This document shows, one piece after another, positions 46,467-56,927 of a DNA stretch of 64,000 nt. The stretch is from a bacterium. GTDB lineage: Bacteria; UBA8248; JACPRG01; G963555815. Numbering within the stretch: position 1 is the first letter of the stretch; each line of letters starts with the position of its first letter. The stretch covers positions 1,319,030 to 1,383,029 of the forward strand of contig CBDHDG010000007.1 of the NCBI GenBank assembly GCA_965261595.1, written 5' to 3'. Made by a program: the position numbers and the translations under genes. The notes beneath the pieces are model-generated. The model had not been told where the DNA came from. It did not search any database and worked only from the letters and a program-made list of their open reading frames with translations.

Positions 46467-49337
46467 TCAGCGGTCGTCCTTCTTCCCCGGGTCCGGCGCC
46501 GCGTTCCTGGCGGTGCCGTAGAGCTTGCCGCCGAGCCACTTCCCGATGAACGGGACCGCCTCGGTGGCATGCTCGACGAAGGGTTTGTCGGCCTCGGCCG
46601 CGACCTTCGCGCGGCCTTGCTCGATGCGTTCGTCCGTCATCCCGGCCCGCTCCTCTCGTCCCGCCTCCCTTACCCTCAGATCATGCTCGGTCCTGGCGCT
46701 TTCGCGCCTTGCCCGGTTCTCGACCTTTCCCGGCCCGGGCGTCCCGGCCCCGCGTCCGCGGTCGCGCACCGAGGCCGACCAGCCGCCCCAGGCCGCCTCG
46801 GTCTCGCCCGCGTGATACTCTTTCAGCCCGTCTCTCCTCCGCTCGTAGTCCGCCAGCCCCGGGACCGAGGCCGGATCCACCCCCTCGGGCGCCGGGAAGC
46901 GCTCCGCGATGAAGGCGGCGGCATGCGCGCGCAGCTCTTCGGCGTCCTCCGGGGTCTGGGGCGAGGCGAGCCGCATGGCGCCCCCCACGCCGATCTCGCG
47001 CCCGTCGGCGCCAGGCCGGGCGGTCAGCCAGGCGAAGAAGGGCTGGCCCAGCTCCTGGTCGACGGCCCGGGACCGGCTTCGCACCTCGGCCGCCTGAGAG
47101 CTCCAGCTCTCGGCTTCCCGGTGGCTCAGGGCCTCCTGCTCGCCGAAGCGGCGCATCCGCGTCAGGTTGGCGCCAAAACTCTCCTCCAGGCTCTTGAGCT
47201 CGCTCTCGCCCGAGGCGGTGGAGTAGCGCCTGGAGGCATCGGCGACCCGGGACCAGTGATCGATCACTTGGTTCTGCTCGGCATAGTCGGTCATCCGGTT
47301 CCAGGCTTCCCGGCCGATGGTCTGGCCCCGCCAGCTCGCCGAACCGTCGGCCCCGAACTTCACGATGAAGTCGAACCCCCCTCCCACCCTGGCCTCGCCC
47401 ATGAGAACGGCCGCCTCCTCCTTCGAGATCCCGCCCGCCTCGGAGAGGCGTTTCATGTGGCTTTCCAGGGCCTGGACTTGCGTGCTCTCGCTTTCCGTCA
47501 CGCCCCTCGAATGGGCGAGGCCCGTGTGCACGTCCCGGGAGAACCGCTCGACCATGGCCGCCGAATCGGTCGCAACGGCCGTGCGCGCCGTGTCGGCCTC
47601 GGCCGACCAGTGCCGGGCCTGCTCCCGGGCGGCGCCTGCCCGGCTCTCGTGGCTGACCGCAAGGGATTCGGAGAGTCTGACGCCCGCCGCCGGGATCCGG
47701 CTGGTGGCGGAGCCGGCGTCCATGACCGCGGTACCGTCTCCAGTCACGGTGAAGGCCGCGCCCTCGGGAGCGAACCCGGTATAGCGGTCCGTATCGACGT
47801 GCATGGAGGTGCGGAGCTGGCGGCCCTCGAGCGTTGCGAAGCGGTGGACGTCGGCCTGGGTGTTGGCGAGGGAGATATTGCCCGTCGTGCCCTCGTGGGC
47901 GGCCGAGGAGGCCGCGTCCTGGCCGACCGCGAGCACCGAGGTGGCGAGCATGGTCGCCTTGCCCACCCCGTAGGCCAGGGCCGCGGCGAGGAAGGGCACC
48001 GACATCGAGAGGTAGCCCGACATCACGGCCACGTCGGAGGCCACGGCCCGGATCCCCGCCTGGGCGACGAGCGATACGCCGCTCTCGCCGTCCGGCATGA
48101 GGGCGCCCGCGCTCATGCGCTCGGCGGCCTCGCCCATGGAGATCCGGTGGAGGATCGCGTAGAGCGGCCCCCAGCTCTGGATCCAGACGATCCCGGCGAA
48201 GTAGGACCGGAAGAGCCCGCCGCCCGCGGGGGTGAGCATGAGCAGCACCGCCATGGGGAAGGCGCCCACGTAGAGGCACTCGAACACGATGCGCAGCATC
48301 GGGACCCAGGTCTCGGCCTGCCTTCCGATGGCCCGGTAGGCCGAGACGGTCTGGGCCTCGGCCCGGGCTTCGGTATAGGACCTGAGCGCGGCGGCGTTGC
48401 CTGCCTCCGCGGCCCATTGCTCGCCCGCGCCGTGGAGGGTGTTGAGGACCATCTGCTGGCGCAGGATCTCGGCCGCGGTCCTGGAGGCGCCGATCAGGTA
48501 GTCGTGGGCCACGGGCAGCGCGGCCATGAGCTCGGCCCGGGCCAGCGCCTCGGTCGCCGCACCGGGGAAGAGTCTCCATCCGAAGATGCCGGACGCCCTC
48601 GCGATCTCGGCCCCCCAGAGCGCGTTGAGCCGCGGGGCGGCCTCGGCGCAGGTGACGATCTCGCGATCGATTGGCGTGGCGCCGGTGCCGGACGGCGTCC
48701 CCCGGGTCGCGTACTCCACCATGCGCGCGGGCGAGGCCCCGGCGGAAGGCGATCCAGTGGATGTGACGAGCCGCCAGATATCGGTGCTCTCGCGCAGATC
48801 GTCGGCCGAGACGTGGCCCAGGAGCAGGGCGTGGAACACGCATTGCCTTGCGTAGGCCCGGAGGTTCCGCGCGAACACCGTGTCGGTCACCTCCATGCGG
48901 GTCGCGGCGGCCGCGAGCCTCGCGCCGAAGATCAGGCCGTGGCGGCGGTAGGTCAGGTCGTCCGGAAGGGAGAAGGCCTGCTCGGTGAGCCGCGTCAACC
49001 CGTCGCCCACCTGGCTCGTCAGGGAGGCGAAGAGGGCCAGGCCGAGCGGGACGCCCGCCACGACCGCGGGCGCCAGCGCCGGGTCGAGCCGGTCCACGAC
49101 CCGCACGGTCGCCTTGGGGACCACCATCGCGCCCCAGACGGCGATGAAGAGGAGGATCCACTTGGCGTTGTCCTTCCACGAGCCGCCGAAGGCGGTGCGG
49201 AACAGGACCCAGGCGAGCCCGGCCACGCCCGCGATCCGGGCCAGGGTCACGAAGGCCCCGCCGCCGGTGATCGCGGCGACCGCGTTCAGCAGGTCGACCA
49301 GATAGGTCCCGCCGCCCAGGGTGAAGAGCTCGTACAT
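46467..49337 (-). CDS. traG: F-type TraG mating-pair stabilisation protein
   Basis: MYELFTLGGG..LNAVAAI, VPLGLA, WIQSWGPLYAIL. Confidence 0.9.
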   Translation of the reverse strand: MYELFTLGGGTYLVDLLNAVAAITGGGAFVTLARIAGVAGLAWVLFRTAFGGSWKDNAKWILLFIAVWGAMVVPKATVRVVDRLDPALAPAVVAGVPLGLALFASLTSQVGDGLTRLTEQAFSLPDDLTYRRHGLIFGARLAAAATRMEVTDTVFARNLRAYARQCVFHALLLGHVSADDLRESTDIWRLVTSTGSPSAGASPARMVEYATRGTPSGTGATPIDREIVTCAEAAPRLNALWGAEIARASGIFGWRLFPGAATEALARAELMAALPVAHDYLIGASRTAAEILRQQMVLNTLHGAGEQWAAEAGNAAALRSYTEARAEAQTVSAYRAIGRQAETWVPMLRIVFECLYVGAFPMAVLLMLTPAGGGLFRSYFAGIVWIQSWGPLYAILHRISMGEAAERMSAGALMPDGESGVSLVAQAGIRAVASDVAVMSGYLSMSVPFLAAALAYGVGKATMLATSVLAVGQDAASSAAHEGTTGNISLANTQADVHRFATLEGRQLRTSMHVDTDRYTGFAPEGAAFTVTGDGTAVMDAGSATSRIPAAGVRLSESLAVSHESRAGAAREQARHWSAEADTARTAVATDSAAMVERFSRDVHTGLAHSRGVTESESTQVQALESHMKRLSEAGGISKEEAAVLMGEARVGGGFDFIVKFGADGSASWRGQTIGREAWNRMTDYAEQNQVIDHWSRVADASRRYSTASGESELKSLEESFGANLTRMRRFGEQEALSHREAESWSSQAAEVRSRSRAVDQELGQPFFAWLTARPGADGREIGVGGAMRLASPQTPEDAEELRAHAAAFIAERFPAPEGVDPASVPGLADYERRRDGLKEYHAGETEAAWGGWSASVRDRGRGAGTPGPGKVENRARRESARTEHDLRVREAGREERAGMTDERIEQGRAKVAAEADKPFVEHATEAVPFIGKWLGGKLYGTARNAAPDPGKKDDR

Positions 49338-49348
49338 GGTCGTTGCCC

Positions 49349-50788
49349 CTACCGGGCTCCTGCGCCGCCCCGGGAGAAGGCGAGCGCCGCCCTGAGATCG
49401 GCCGAGAGCGCGCCCGCGAGCTCGGTCTCGATCAGCCTGAGCTTCTCCACGACGGCGAGGGCGGTGTTGAACCGCTCCAGCCCCTCGTGGCGGTGTTTGG
49501 CGAGGGCGGCCCGGTTCCGGCGCAGCCCCTCGCGCCAGCGCTCCAACTGGTCGCCGTCGGCGATGTCCAGGGTGCCGGCGCGTTCCTCGACCGTCCGGTG
49601 GAGGTCCGAGATCCAGACCTGGAGCACGTCGAGGGCCACCGCCTCGGCCAGCGCGTCCACCTCCTGGTCCACCACCGCCCCGCGGTAGGCGGCGGCCGTG
49701 TTGATCACCCGGTAGACCGGCAGGGTGGTGAGATTGACGAGCCCCAGCGCGTCGGCCGGGGGCGCCGTGTCGGCGCGCACCGCCTCGACCAGCCGGCGGA
49801 GCAGGCCGGCCACCCGGTCCCGGAAACCCCGCGCCGCCGGCACGGTGAGCCGTCCGAGGACGGGGTTGAGACAGTCGACGGAGGTGTCGCAGCGATAGAC
49901 CGGGAGGTCGCCTCCCCCCTCCATCAGGATCTCGGTCACCCGGCGGTCAAGGGCCAGCGGCTCCAGGATGCGTATCCTGGGGCCGGAGGTGTCGCCGTCG
50001 GAGACCGGGGCGGTGACGATCGCGGTGCCCGAGATCGACATGGCGAACTCGCCGAGATCCCGGTCGGACGCCAGGAAGCCCGACGCCCTCACCGCGCGCC
50101 AGGCGTAGTTGACGTTGACCGGGGCCTGGTCCTTGAGCGGTCCCGAGGCGGCGGCCAGGGTCGAGTGGCGCTTGCCGTCCGCGCCGCAGCCGTGGCGGGC
50201 GGCGGCGTAGTCGGAGAAGATCCCCTGTCGCGTGCCGATGGCCGCACAGATCGCCGCGCTCGCCCGGTCGTTTTTGGACCAGACCGCCCCGACCAGGGCC
50301 TGGGCGGTCTCGCAGGAGTTGAGGTTCTGGCTGTTCACCCACTGGGCCAGGGCCCGGAGCTTGGACAGGGTCTCGGCGATCACCGGCGAGATGGTCTCGA
50401 GCGCCAGCTCGAAGGCGAAGCCCGCGGCGTTCTGGGCCACGGCGCGGCCAAAGGCGATCAGCTGGTCGGAATTGATGAAGGAGAAGGCGCCGGCGAACGT
50501 GTCGATGCCGCCGCAGCCGGCCCGGAAGGAGGGCAGGCTCACCGTGGCGATGGGCTCGGAGCGCACGGGGGCGCGCAGGTAGAGGTTGCCCAGGGTCCAG
50601 TGGCCCGAGGCCTGGCCGTCGAAGGCGGTCGGCCCGGTGGTGTTCACCGCCGCGCCCCTCCAGAAGCTCTCCATCTCCGAGAGCACGTCCGCGCCCGCGG
50701 GCGGGGCGAGGCAGAGCGAGATGGCCCACACGAGCACGAATTCGCGGGCAGCCATGGTCATGCCCGCAATCCTTTGCTTAATAGTCAT
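49349..50788 (-). CDS. traH: TraH pilus assembly protein
   Basis: AGCGGIDTFAGAFSFIN, NSCETAQALV. Confidence 0.92.
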   Translation of the reverse strand: MTIKQRIAGMTMAAREFVLVWAISLCLAPPAGADVLSEMESFWRGAAVNTTGPTAFDGQASGHWTLGNLYLRAPVRSEPIATVSLPSFRAGCGGIDTFAGAFSFINSDQLIAFGRAVAQNAAGFAFELALETISPVIAETLSKLRALAQWVNSQNLNSCETAQALVGAVWSKNDRASAAICAAIGTRQGIFSDYAAARHGCGADGKRHSTLAAASGPLKDQAPVNVNYAWRAVRASGFLASDRDLGEFAMSISGTAIVTAPVSDGDTSGPRIRILEPLALDRRVTEILMEGGGDLPVYRCDTSVDCLNPVLGRLTVPAARGFRDRVAGLLRRLVEAVRADTAPPADALGLVNLTTLPVYRVINTAAAYRGAVVDQEVDALAEAVALDVLQVWISDLHRTVEERAGTLDIADGDQLERWREGLRRNRAALAKHRHEGLERFNTALAVVEKLRLIETELAGALSADLRAALAFSRGGAGAR

Positions 50789-51611
50789 GTCCGATCTCCC
50801 GTGCGGTGAGGGTGAAGATGCGCTCGGCGAGCTGGTCCTTGGCGACCACGCCGAAGGAAACCGGAAGCGCCCGCCTGGTTCGCGTGTCGTAGAGGACAAG
50901 GGCGGGGAACACCGGGGCCTCGAGGCCGAGACGCGCGGCGCGGCCCTGGTCGGGGACCGCCTCGGGCCACCCATCGAGGGGCTCGCCCGTCATCGAGACC
51001 GCGAGCACGTCGAGGCCGTGGCGCAGCGCGAAGGCGCGCAGAAGGGGGCCGAACACGCGGCATCCCGGGCATCGCGCATGGCCGAGATAGATGAGGCCGT
51101 AACGCTCGCCGAGCCGGGCCAGGACGGCGTCGCGCTCGGCCCGGCGCTGCTCCGACCAGACCTGCTTGGCCAGGGCGCCCACCGGACGCTTCAGCGTGTA
51201 ATCGAGATCCGGGCTCGCCCAGACCGTGCGGCGGAAGGCGTCCGAGAAGGAGGCGGCTTTTTGCAGGGTCTCCTGCTGGAGGCGCAGGTAGGCCGTGACG
51301 TTCTCCGGGCTCGGGTCCAGGATCGCCCTGGCCCGGGCTTCCTCCAGGGCCCGGCGCATCCCCAGGAGGCGCTCCATTGCGGTCTCGGGCCGCGAAGAGG
51401 GTCTTGCGGGAGGCGTTTGCGCCGCCGGCGCGTCCTCTTCCGCGTCTTCCTCGTTCCGGTCGCAATAGAAGTGCCAGCCGAGCGAGGGCTCAGTCTCCCG
51501 ATTTGGGCCCGATCGGGGACCGCACCAAGGCCGCCATTCCCGCGCATCCGCGGGCAGCGCCGCGAGGACGGCGAGGAGGCAGGCGAGTGCGAGGGCGTAC
51601 GGGATGGTCAT
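50778..51611 (-). CDS. traF: TraF thioredoxin-like pilus assembly protein
   Basis: GWHFYC, AILDPSPENV, CPGC, VSMTG. Confidence 0.9.
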   Translation of the reverse strand: MTIPYALALACLLAVLAALPADAREWRPWCGPRSGPNRETEPSLGWHFYCDRNEEDAEEDAPAAQTPPARPSSRPETAMERLLGMRRALEEARARAILDPSPENVTAYLRLQQETLQKAASFSDAFRRTVWASPDLDYTLKRPVGALAKQVWSEQRRAERDAVLARLGERYGLIYLGHARCPGCRVFGPLLRAFALRHGLDVLAVSMTGEPLDGWPEAVPDQGRAARLGLEAPVFPALVLYDTRTRRALPVSFGVVAKDQLAERIFTLTAREIGHDY

Positions 51612-51622
51612 GGCTGCCCCCT

Positions 51623-52822
51623 TCACTTGCTTTTGGTGTAGAAGCCGTGGATGCGCTCACGCATCACCGCGCCGGTTCGGCCGGCTTCCGGAAGCTCGAT
51701 CGAGGGCTCATACGACCCGTCGGTCAGATTCTCGGTGAACTCGGAGAGGTCCACGGCCTCGAAGTCGATGCGTTCCATCTCATCGACCGTGAAGCCGCGG
51801 CAGCTGCCCCAGCCGATCCCGAGCTGGCCGCGTGTCGCTTCCTGCAGGATGCGCCCGAGCTTGGAGCCGAACACGCACCAGGAACGTTTCCAGCGGATGC
51901 ACACGCCGAAGATCCGCTTCGCGCATCCCTTGCCCAGGTAATGCGTGTTCCCGGCATGGCGCTCCTCGGCCAGGAGGCGTTCCTCCTTGGTGCAGCCGGC
52001 CACGCCCACGAGCGCGCCCGAGTTCTTGCAGCAATCGGCGAGGCCTCCCCACTGGATCCGGCAGGACTGGCGATCGCCCCTGAAGAACCGGAGGGTCTGG
52101 CGGTCGAATTCCTCTCCGCCCAGCTCGATGGCCATGTTGAGCCGGGCCGCCGAATCGACGAACCCGGTGTTGGCCCGGGACGCCGCGGTTCCGCACTCGG
52201 CGCCCACGCACCAGGAGACCGAGCCGCAATGGCCGCCGGCCCCGGCGCGCTCGAGTCCCGCCTTGCAGTCGTTCACCGATCCGGAGGCGATCCCGTCCGC
52301 GCCCCAGAGGGGGGAATGGGCGTCGCCTTGGATCCCGTCCCCGCGCCTCACCATCGGATCGTCCGCCTTGACCGGGGCGTCCGGGCGCTTGACCGTACCC
52401 TCGATCACCGCGCGGCCGGCTTGGCCCCCGGGATCGGCGGGATCGTTTATCACCCGGTTCGCGGCGTTTCTTAGTTCGCCCGCGCCCAGGCCCCTCTCTG
52501 GCAGGCTCGTTCCACCGTAGCCCGGCACATGGGCGGCGGAATCCGCATCCTTCGCGATGGCGCCCGCCGCGGCTTGTCCCGCCTGGCCGATCGCGCGGGC
52601 CGCCGCTGCCGGGTCTTCGGCCCGGGCGGGGCCGTTGACGAGGTGCGTCAGGACCACCAGGGCCAGGACGAAGGCCTTCGCGGCCATCGTCCAGCAAGGG
52701 AAGCGTCCCCAGGCCTCGATTCGCGCCATCTGAAGCCTTGGCCGCTTCGCCTCCATGAGGGCTTCGAAGCTGCGATCGGAACCGGGTTCCGGATTTTCGT
52801 TCGTGTCGTCCTTGCGGTTCAT
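51623..52822 (-). CDS. traN: TraN (short form)
   Basis: Cys-rich C-terminus: DCCK, WCVFGSKLGRILQE, CRGFT..E..RIDF..VDLSEF; a signal peptide may start at 52687. Confidence 0.85.
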   Translation of the reverse strand: MNRKDDTNENPEPGSDRSFEALMEAKRPRLQMARIEAWGRFPCWTMAAKAFVLALVVLTHLVNGPARAEDPAAAARAIGQAGQAAAGAIAKDADSAAHVPGYGGTSLPERGLGAGELRNAANRVINDPADPGGQAGRAVIEGTVKRPDAPVKADDPMVRRGDGIQGDAHSPLWGADGIASGSVNDCKAGLERAGAGGHCGSVSWCVGAECGTAASRANTGFVDSAARLNMAIELGGEEFDRQTLRFFRGDRQSCRIQWGGLADCCKNSGALVGVAGCTKEERLLAEERHAGNTHYLGKGCAKRIFGVCIRWKRSWCVFGSKLGRILQEATRGQLGIGWGSCRGFTVDEMERIDFEAVDLSEFTENLTDGSYEPSIELPEAGRTGAVMRERIHGFYTKSK

Positions 52823-53532
52823 GGCAAGTTTCCTCTCAGGCTTGCGAGATGGCGGCGCGCGGCCGCGCGGCCCGGCCCTCCCTCGGCGGCGATGGCCTCG
52901 AGCGCCGCTTCCAGGCCGATGTTCCCCGCGATGCGGTCGTGGGGCGGCGCGGGATCCGCGGCGCAACCCCGGCTAGTGCAGGGCGGGACCCCGCCCGGGA
53001 CCACCGCGACGGCCGGGATCGCCTCGATGCCGAAGATCCGGAACAGACGCGGATCGATTGTTGCGCCGGACTTGCGGCCCAGGTACGGGCCGATGCGTTT
53101 CACCGTGGCCTGCAACCCGTCCGGGCCGAGCCCGCGCAGCACCAGCGGCGCGCCGATCCGCGCCGCCTCGCGGCTCCACTGCCGCCAGCTCGCCGCGGGC
53201 GCCGAGAGGCTCATGAAGACGATGACCTCGGGGCCATGGGGACGCTCGGAAAGGCCGCGGGCAACGCGGCCGGCATGACGTTCGGCCGGGAGGGGGCCGG
53301 AGGCCCCGGGGGCGTTTTTGCCCGCGCGTTCCAGCGCGCGCTCGATCACCGAGCGCGACCAGGCGTCCAGGTCCCCGTCACGGACTTTTGCCGGTTGCCG
53401 CAGGACCTGATCGACAGTATCGCGCGCCAAGTCCTTGGCTTTTCCCTGGGCCCGGGCCGGGCCGCACCAGGCCGCCATCACGAGCGCGCAGGCGAGAGCC
53501 GGGATGGTCTTACGAATCGGGTTATCGTTCAT
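52819..53532 (-). CDS. trbC: TrbC (F-type) pilus assembly protein
   Basis: VFMSLS.P, LVLRG, IDPRLF..FGI..IPA, GNIGL..AL. Confidence 0.85.
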   Translation of the reverse strand: MNDNPIRKTIPALACALVMAAWCGPARAQGKAKDLARDTVDQVLRQPAKVRDGDLDAWSRSVIERALERAGKNAPGASGPLPAERHAGRVARGLSERPHGPEVIVFMSLSAPAASWRQWSREAARIGAPLVLRGLGPDGLQATVKRIGPYLGRKSGATIDPRLFRIFGIEAIPAVAVVPGGVPPCTSRGCAADPAPPHDRIAGNIGLEAALEAIAAEGGPGRAAARRHLASLRGNLP

Positions 53533-53542
53533 GTCAGCCTCC

Positions 53543-54545
53543 TCAGAGCAGACAGCAGTTGCGCTTGCGCCAGAGCAGATAGCCGAAGTTCTCGCCCGCC
53601 ACCGGCAGCTCGCGCAGCGCTTCCCAGATCACCGAGGACCGGCCCGTGGGGTTGCAGCCGGTGAGGGGCGACGTGGCCGGGACCGGCTGGGTCATCTGCC
53701 AGCGGTACTGGGACTTCTTCATGATGGGCATGGGATAGCGCCCGCAGAGCGCCGCCGGCCCCGACGTGCCCCAGGCGAGCAGCAGCCGGTGAAGACGGAA
53801 CACGAGCCGCTGGGCCACGAGGAGCGAGGCCTGGACCCCGCCCACGTGGGCGGCCACGTTGCCGGTCAGGGGATACATCCCGCCCTGGCAGCCCGCGCAC
53901 CAGAACAGGGGGTCGAGCGGCAGGCCAGCCGAGGCGGCGGCGCAATCGGCGGCGCAGGCCGCCTGGGCCGGCAGGTCCGCGAACAGCGCGGCTTCCGGGT
54001 TCAACAGGAAGGACAGCTCGTCGTCGAGCCAGGCCGGGTCGAGCTCGGAGACCCAGGCGATGTCGAGCCCCCCGCTTTCAAGGCAGCCGATGTCGAGCAG
54101 GGCCCCGAATCCAGGACAGGAGCGGATAGACGTAGTCATGGACGTGCCACACAGAGCCCGAGGCGCCGTCGCCGCCCGAGGAGCCAGTACGTCCGCGCCC
54201 CGCGGGCAGGCCCGGGTCGATGGTCATGCCCCCGAGATTGGGGAAGCACCAGGGCGCGCGGCTGACGTCGATCAGCCGCGCCGGCTCCCACAAGCCCAGG
54301 GAGAGTCCGATCCGGGGGATCGGCTTGCCGCAGAGGCAGATCGGCGATCCCGGATTGGGCGTGTCCGGCGCGCCCGTGGCGCTGCCCATGCGGATCGGCC
54401 CGATCGAGATCGGCAAAAGACACTCCCAGCACACGTCCGTGACGGGGTTCACGAAACGCCCGGTGCAGGACTGGGCGGAAGCGGTCCCCGTGGACAGGGC
54501 TCCGGCAAGGACCAGCGCCGTGCAGACGGTCTTCAGGGATCTCAT
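53543..54545 (-). CDS. traU: TraU, split by a +1 insertion near 54109
   Basis: NPVTDVCWEC, WEPARL, then SELDPAW.DD, WCAGCQG, WRKRNCC in the adjacent frame. Confidence 0.88.
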
Positions 54546-55213
54546 GGCCGCCCTCCGATGGTCGCGGGATTGGCTTCGTCGTCGAGCGGCACTTCCGTGA
54601 TCCTGAGCATGGATCCCTCGGCCGCGACCAGGGACGGGGTGGCGCGGAGCCCGAAACGTTTCGCAAGCCGGCCGTTCTGGTCGAAGAAGAACGGCCGTTC
54701 GTGGGGCCGCATCAGGTCCAGCGGGCGGCCCGCCAGGAGCACGATCTTCGCGGGCCGTTCGTGGCCGAGGGCCCAGGTGACCTCGGCCGGCCGCGCGCCG
54801 TCGATGAACAGCAGATCCCGGGTCAGCGGGTACACCTCGAGGGGGTTGATCCGAGCGCCCCGGGCCGCAATCAGGGTCCCATCGTGCGCCCGGACGTCTT
54901 GCTCGACCGTGATCGAAGGATCGAACAGCCGGGTGCGACGGACGCGCGCGGGCCCGATGCCCTCGACGCGCCCGGGCGCCTCGATGCGCTCCCGGCCCCG
55001 GTCCAGGGCCTCCCGGCGCATGCGGGTGAGGTCGCCCGAGGACTCCAGCGCTTCAAGCCGGGCCTCGATCCGTTCGAGCAGGTCGGGCTCGGCGATGGGC
55101 CACACCGCGCCGCGCACGCCAAGGTCCTTCGCGGGTACGGGCCGCGCCGCGAGCATCAGCACGCAGGCAATCGCGATGAGCCGAAGACGGGACAGGAGAA
55201 CACGCCGCGTCAT
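54542..55213 (-). CDS. traW: TraW
   Basis: DLG..G.VWPIAEPD, FDPS, NPL, FFDQ.G.L..RFG...TPS. Confidence 0.9.
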   Translation of the reverse strand: MTRRVLLSRLRLIAIACVLMLAARPVPAKDLGVRGAVWPIAEPDLLERIEARLEALESSGDLTRMRREALDRGRERIEAPGRVEGIGPARVRRTRLFDPSITVEQDVRAHDGTLIAARGARINPLEVYPLTRDLLFIDGARPAEVTWALGHERPAKIVLLAGRPLDLMRPHERPFFFDQNGRLAKRFGLRATPSLVAAEGSMLRITEVPLDDEANPATIGGRP

Positions 55214-55786
55214 GGCCGCGCCTCCTCGGGTTTGGCGAGCGGTCCCTTGAGCCCGAGCCAGGGGACGTCGGGCAGGGCCCAGGCCCGGCCCCCGGATGCG
55301 TTCTTGCGGGATGAGCCCGATCTCCGAATAGCGGCTGTCGTGGCTGTCCACGTGATCGGCGTGGACGTAGTAGCGGCCCGGCGGGATCACGCCCGGCCCG
55401 ATCGCCTCGAGCCTGCGCCCATCAAGCGCATGCGTCTTGGCAACGCCGAGGACCGCGCCGTTCACCGAGACCCGGCGCTCCCTGTCCACCTCCACCCGGT
55501 CTCTGGGCAGGCCGCGCACGGTCTTGAGGTAGGGGATCCCCGAGCCGGCCTCCTCGGGTGGGTCGAACAGGACCGCGTCGCCCCGTTGGAACTCTCCCAC
55601 GAGGGGCAGCACGAAATACCCCCAGGCTCCGTCGGACCAGCTCGCGTTGACGTAGACGCGCGAGACCGCGACGAGCCACAGGGCGGCCAGCATGGCCATC
55701 CAGAGCAGGATCTTGCGGCCCCGTCCGGTTCGTTCAGGCGCACGCCGTCCGGGCGCACGCGGCAAGGCGTGCAGGGTCTCTCTCAT
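55210..55786 (-). CDS. S26-family conjugal signal peptidase (TrhF-like), +1 insertion near the 3' end
   Basis: NASWS, YLKTVRGLP.D, SHDSRY; the corrected frame ends in an ATGA overlap with traW. Confidence 0.8.
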
Positions 55787-56163
55787 CGTTCGTCCTCCGT
55801 GTTCGTCGGGGGATGGGTTTTGGACAGGGCCGTCTGGATCGCCGCCTTTATCTCGGCGGTGAGGTCCGGCGCGCCGCCGGCGACCGCCCTTGCGGGCAGC
55901 AGCACCGCGCGGTGGCGGGCTGCCGTCCGGACGAGCGCCTCCTCCAACCGGCGCGCCCAGCCGCGCACGGCTTTTACGGCCTCCTCTTGGTCGCCGTGCT
56001 CCCGGGCGGCCTTGGCCATGTAGTCTGCCGTGAGCTCGGCAAGCCGCACGCTCGCGATGCGCGGGACCCTCTCCAGGGCCATGCGCGCCGTGACGGCCGA
56101 GACCGCCGCGGCCACCCCGGCACTCAGCACAAGCGCGGCGGCCAACGCCGTGGGCCCGCTCAT
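55783..56163 (-). CDS. trbI: TrbI (F-type)
   Basis: N-terminal TM; VLL...AV..GAPDLT.EI. Confidence 0.8.
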   Translation of the reverse strand: MSGPTALAAALVLSAGVAAAVSAVTARMALERVPRIASVRLAELTADYMAKAAREHGDQEEAVKAVRGWARRLEEALVRTAARHRAVLLPARAVAGGAPDLTAEIKAAIQTALSKTHPPTNTEDER

Positions 56164-56894
56164 GACGCAGCCCGTTCCGGCGCCGTCTGTTCGCGCGTGA
56201 CATGAAGCTCCTCCGGTGGGGTGGGGTCGTGCGTGCCACGGGACTCCCTCTGGGCGGACGCGATGGGGCCCCGTCCCGCGCCCTCCTGCCCTTTCAGGGC
56301 CCGGAAGCGGTCCAGCCAGAGCCTGGCCGCCCGATCGGGAACCACGGTCCGGATGCGGCGCTTAAGGGGCGGGAAGGCGACCGCGGAAGCCGCGCCGTCG
56401 CGCGCGCCCGGCAGGTCCCGGTCCTCCGCGGCCTCGGCCATGCGGGCCACGAAACGCAGCAGTTCCGCCTGCTCCGGGGAGGGCTCCGCATCGAGCCCGG
56501 CCGACTCGCGCACGGCCCGGTCGATGGTCCCGCCGAGCCGCTTCAGCCGCTCCGCCCCGCGCTGGGAGGAAGCGGCCTTTGTTCCCAGCCACGCGACGCT
56601 CGCGTCCGCCAGAAGGGCGTAGAGGGCCGCCTCCCGGCGGTCCCCGGATCCTTCAAAGGCCTCGATCTCCTCGCTCATCAGCACCGCGTGGGCCGCCAGC
56701 GAGTGGAACCGCCTGAGCCGGCCGCCCCTGCGGCAGGTGTTGGCCAGCACGTGGGCCAGGGCCTCGAAGTCGACGGCGTCCGGGGTCAGCCCCTCCGGAT
56801 CTTCCGGCCAGGCGAGGGGCCGATCCCCGGATCGGGGCTTCTCCGCCCGTGTCGCAGCACTCGATGGCGCCCGCCTGTTCCTGTCCTTGCTCAT
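56160..56894 (-). CDS. HD-domain (YfbR/YfdR-like) phosphohydrolase homologue with degenerate HD motif
   Basis: D...LAHVLANTCR.GG....FHSLAAHA...ALLADA..AWLG; E.RDL. Confidence 0.65.
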   Translation of the reverse strand: MSKDRNRRAPSSAATRAEKPRSGDRPLAWPEDPEGLTPDAVDFEALAHVLANTCRRGGRLRRFHSLAAHAVLMSEEIEAFEGSGDRREAALYALLADASVAWLGTKAASSQRGAERLKRLGGTIDRAVRESAGLDAEPSPEQAELLRFVARMAEAAEDRDLPGARDGAASAVAFPPLKRRIRTVVPDRAARLWLDRFRALKGQEGAGRGPIASAQRESRGTHDPTPPEELHVTREQTAPERAAS

Positions 56895-56927
56895 GTGCGT
56901 CTCCTTCTGTTTAAGCTATGGAGGCCG

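Noticed and set aside
45894..49688. Very long antisense ORFs (1264 aa here; also 15506-18433, 8497-10758, 57126-59522)
   Set aside because: Shadow frames of GC-rich genes with no recognisable motifs
54542..56239. 565-aa peptidase-TraW fusion ORF
   Set aside because: Produced by one extra G in a G-run near 55290; correction gives two normal overlapping genes
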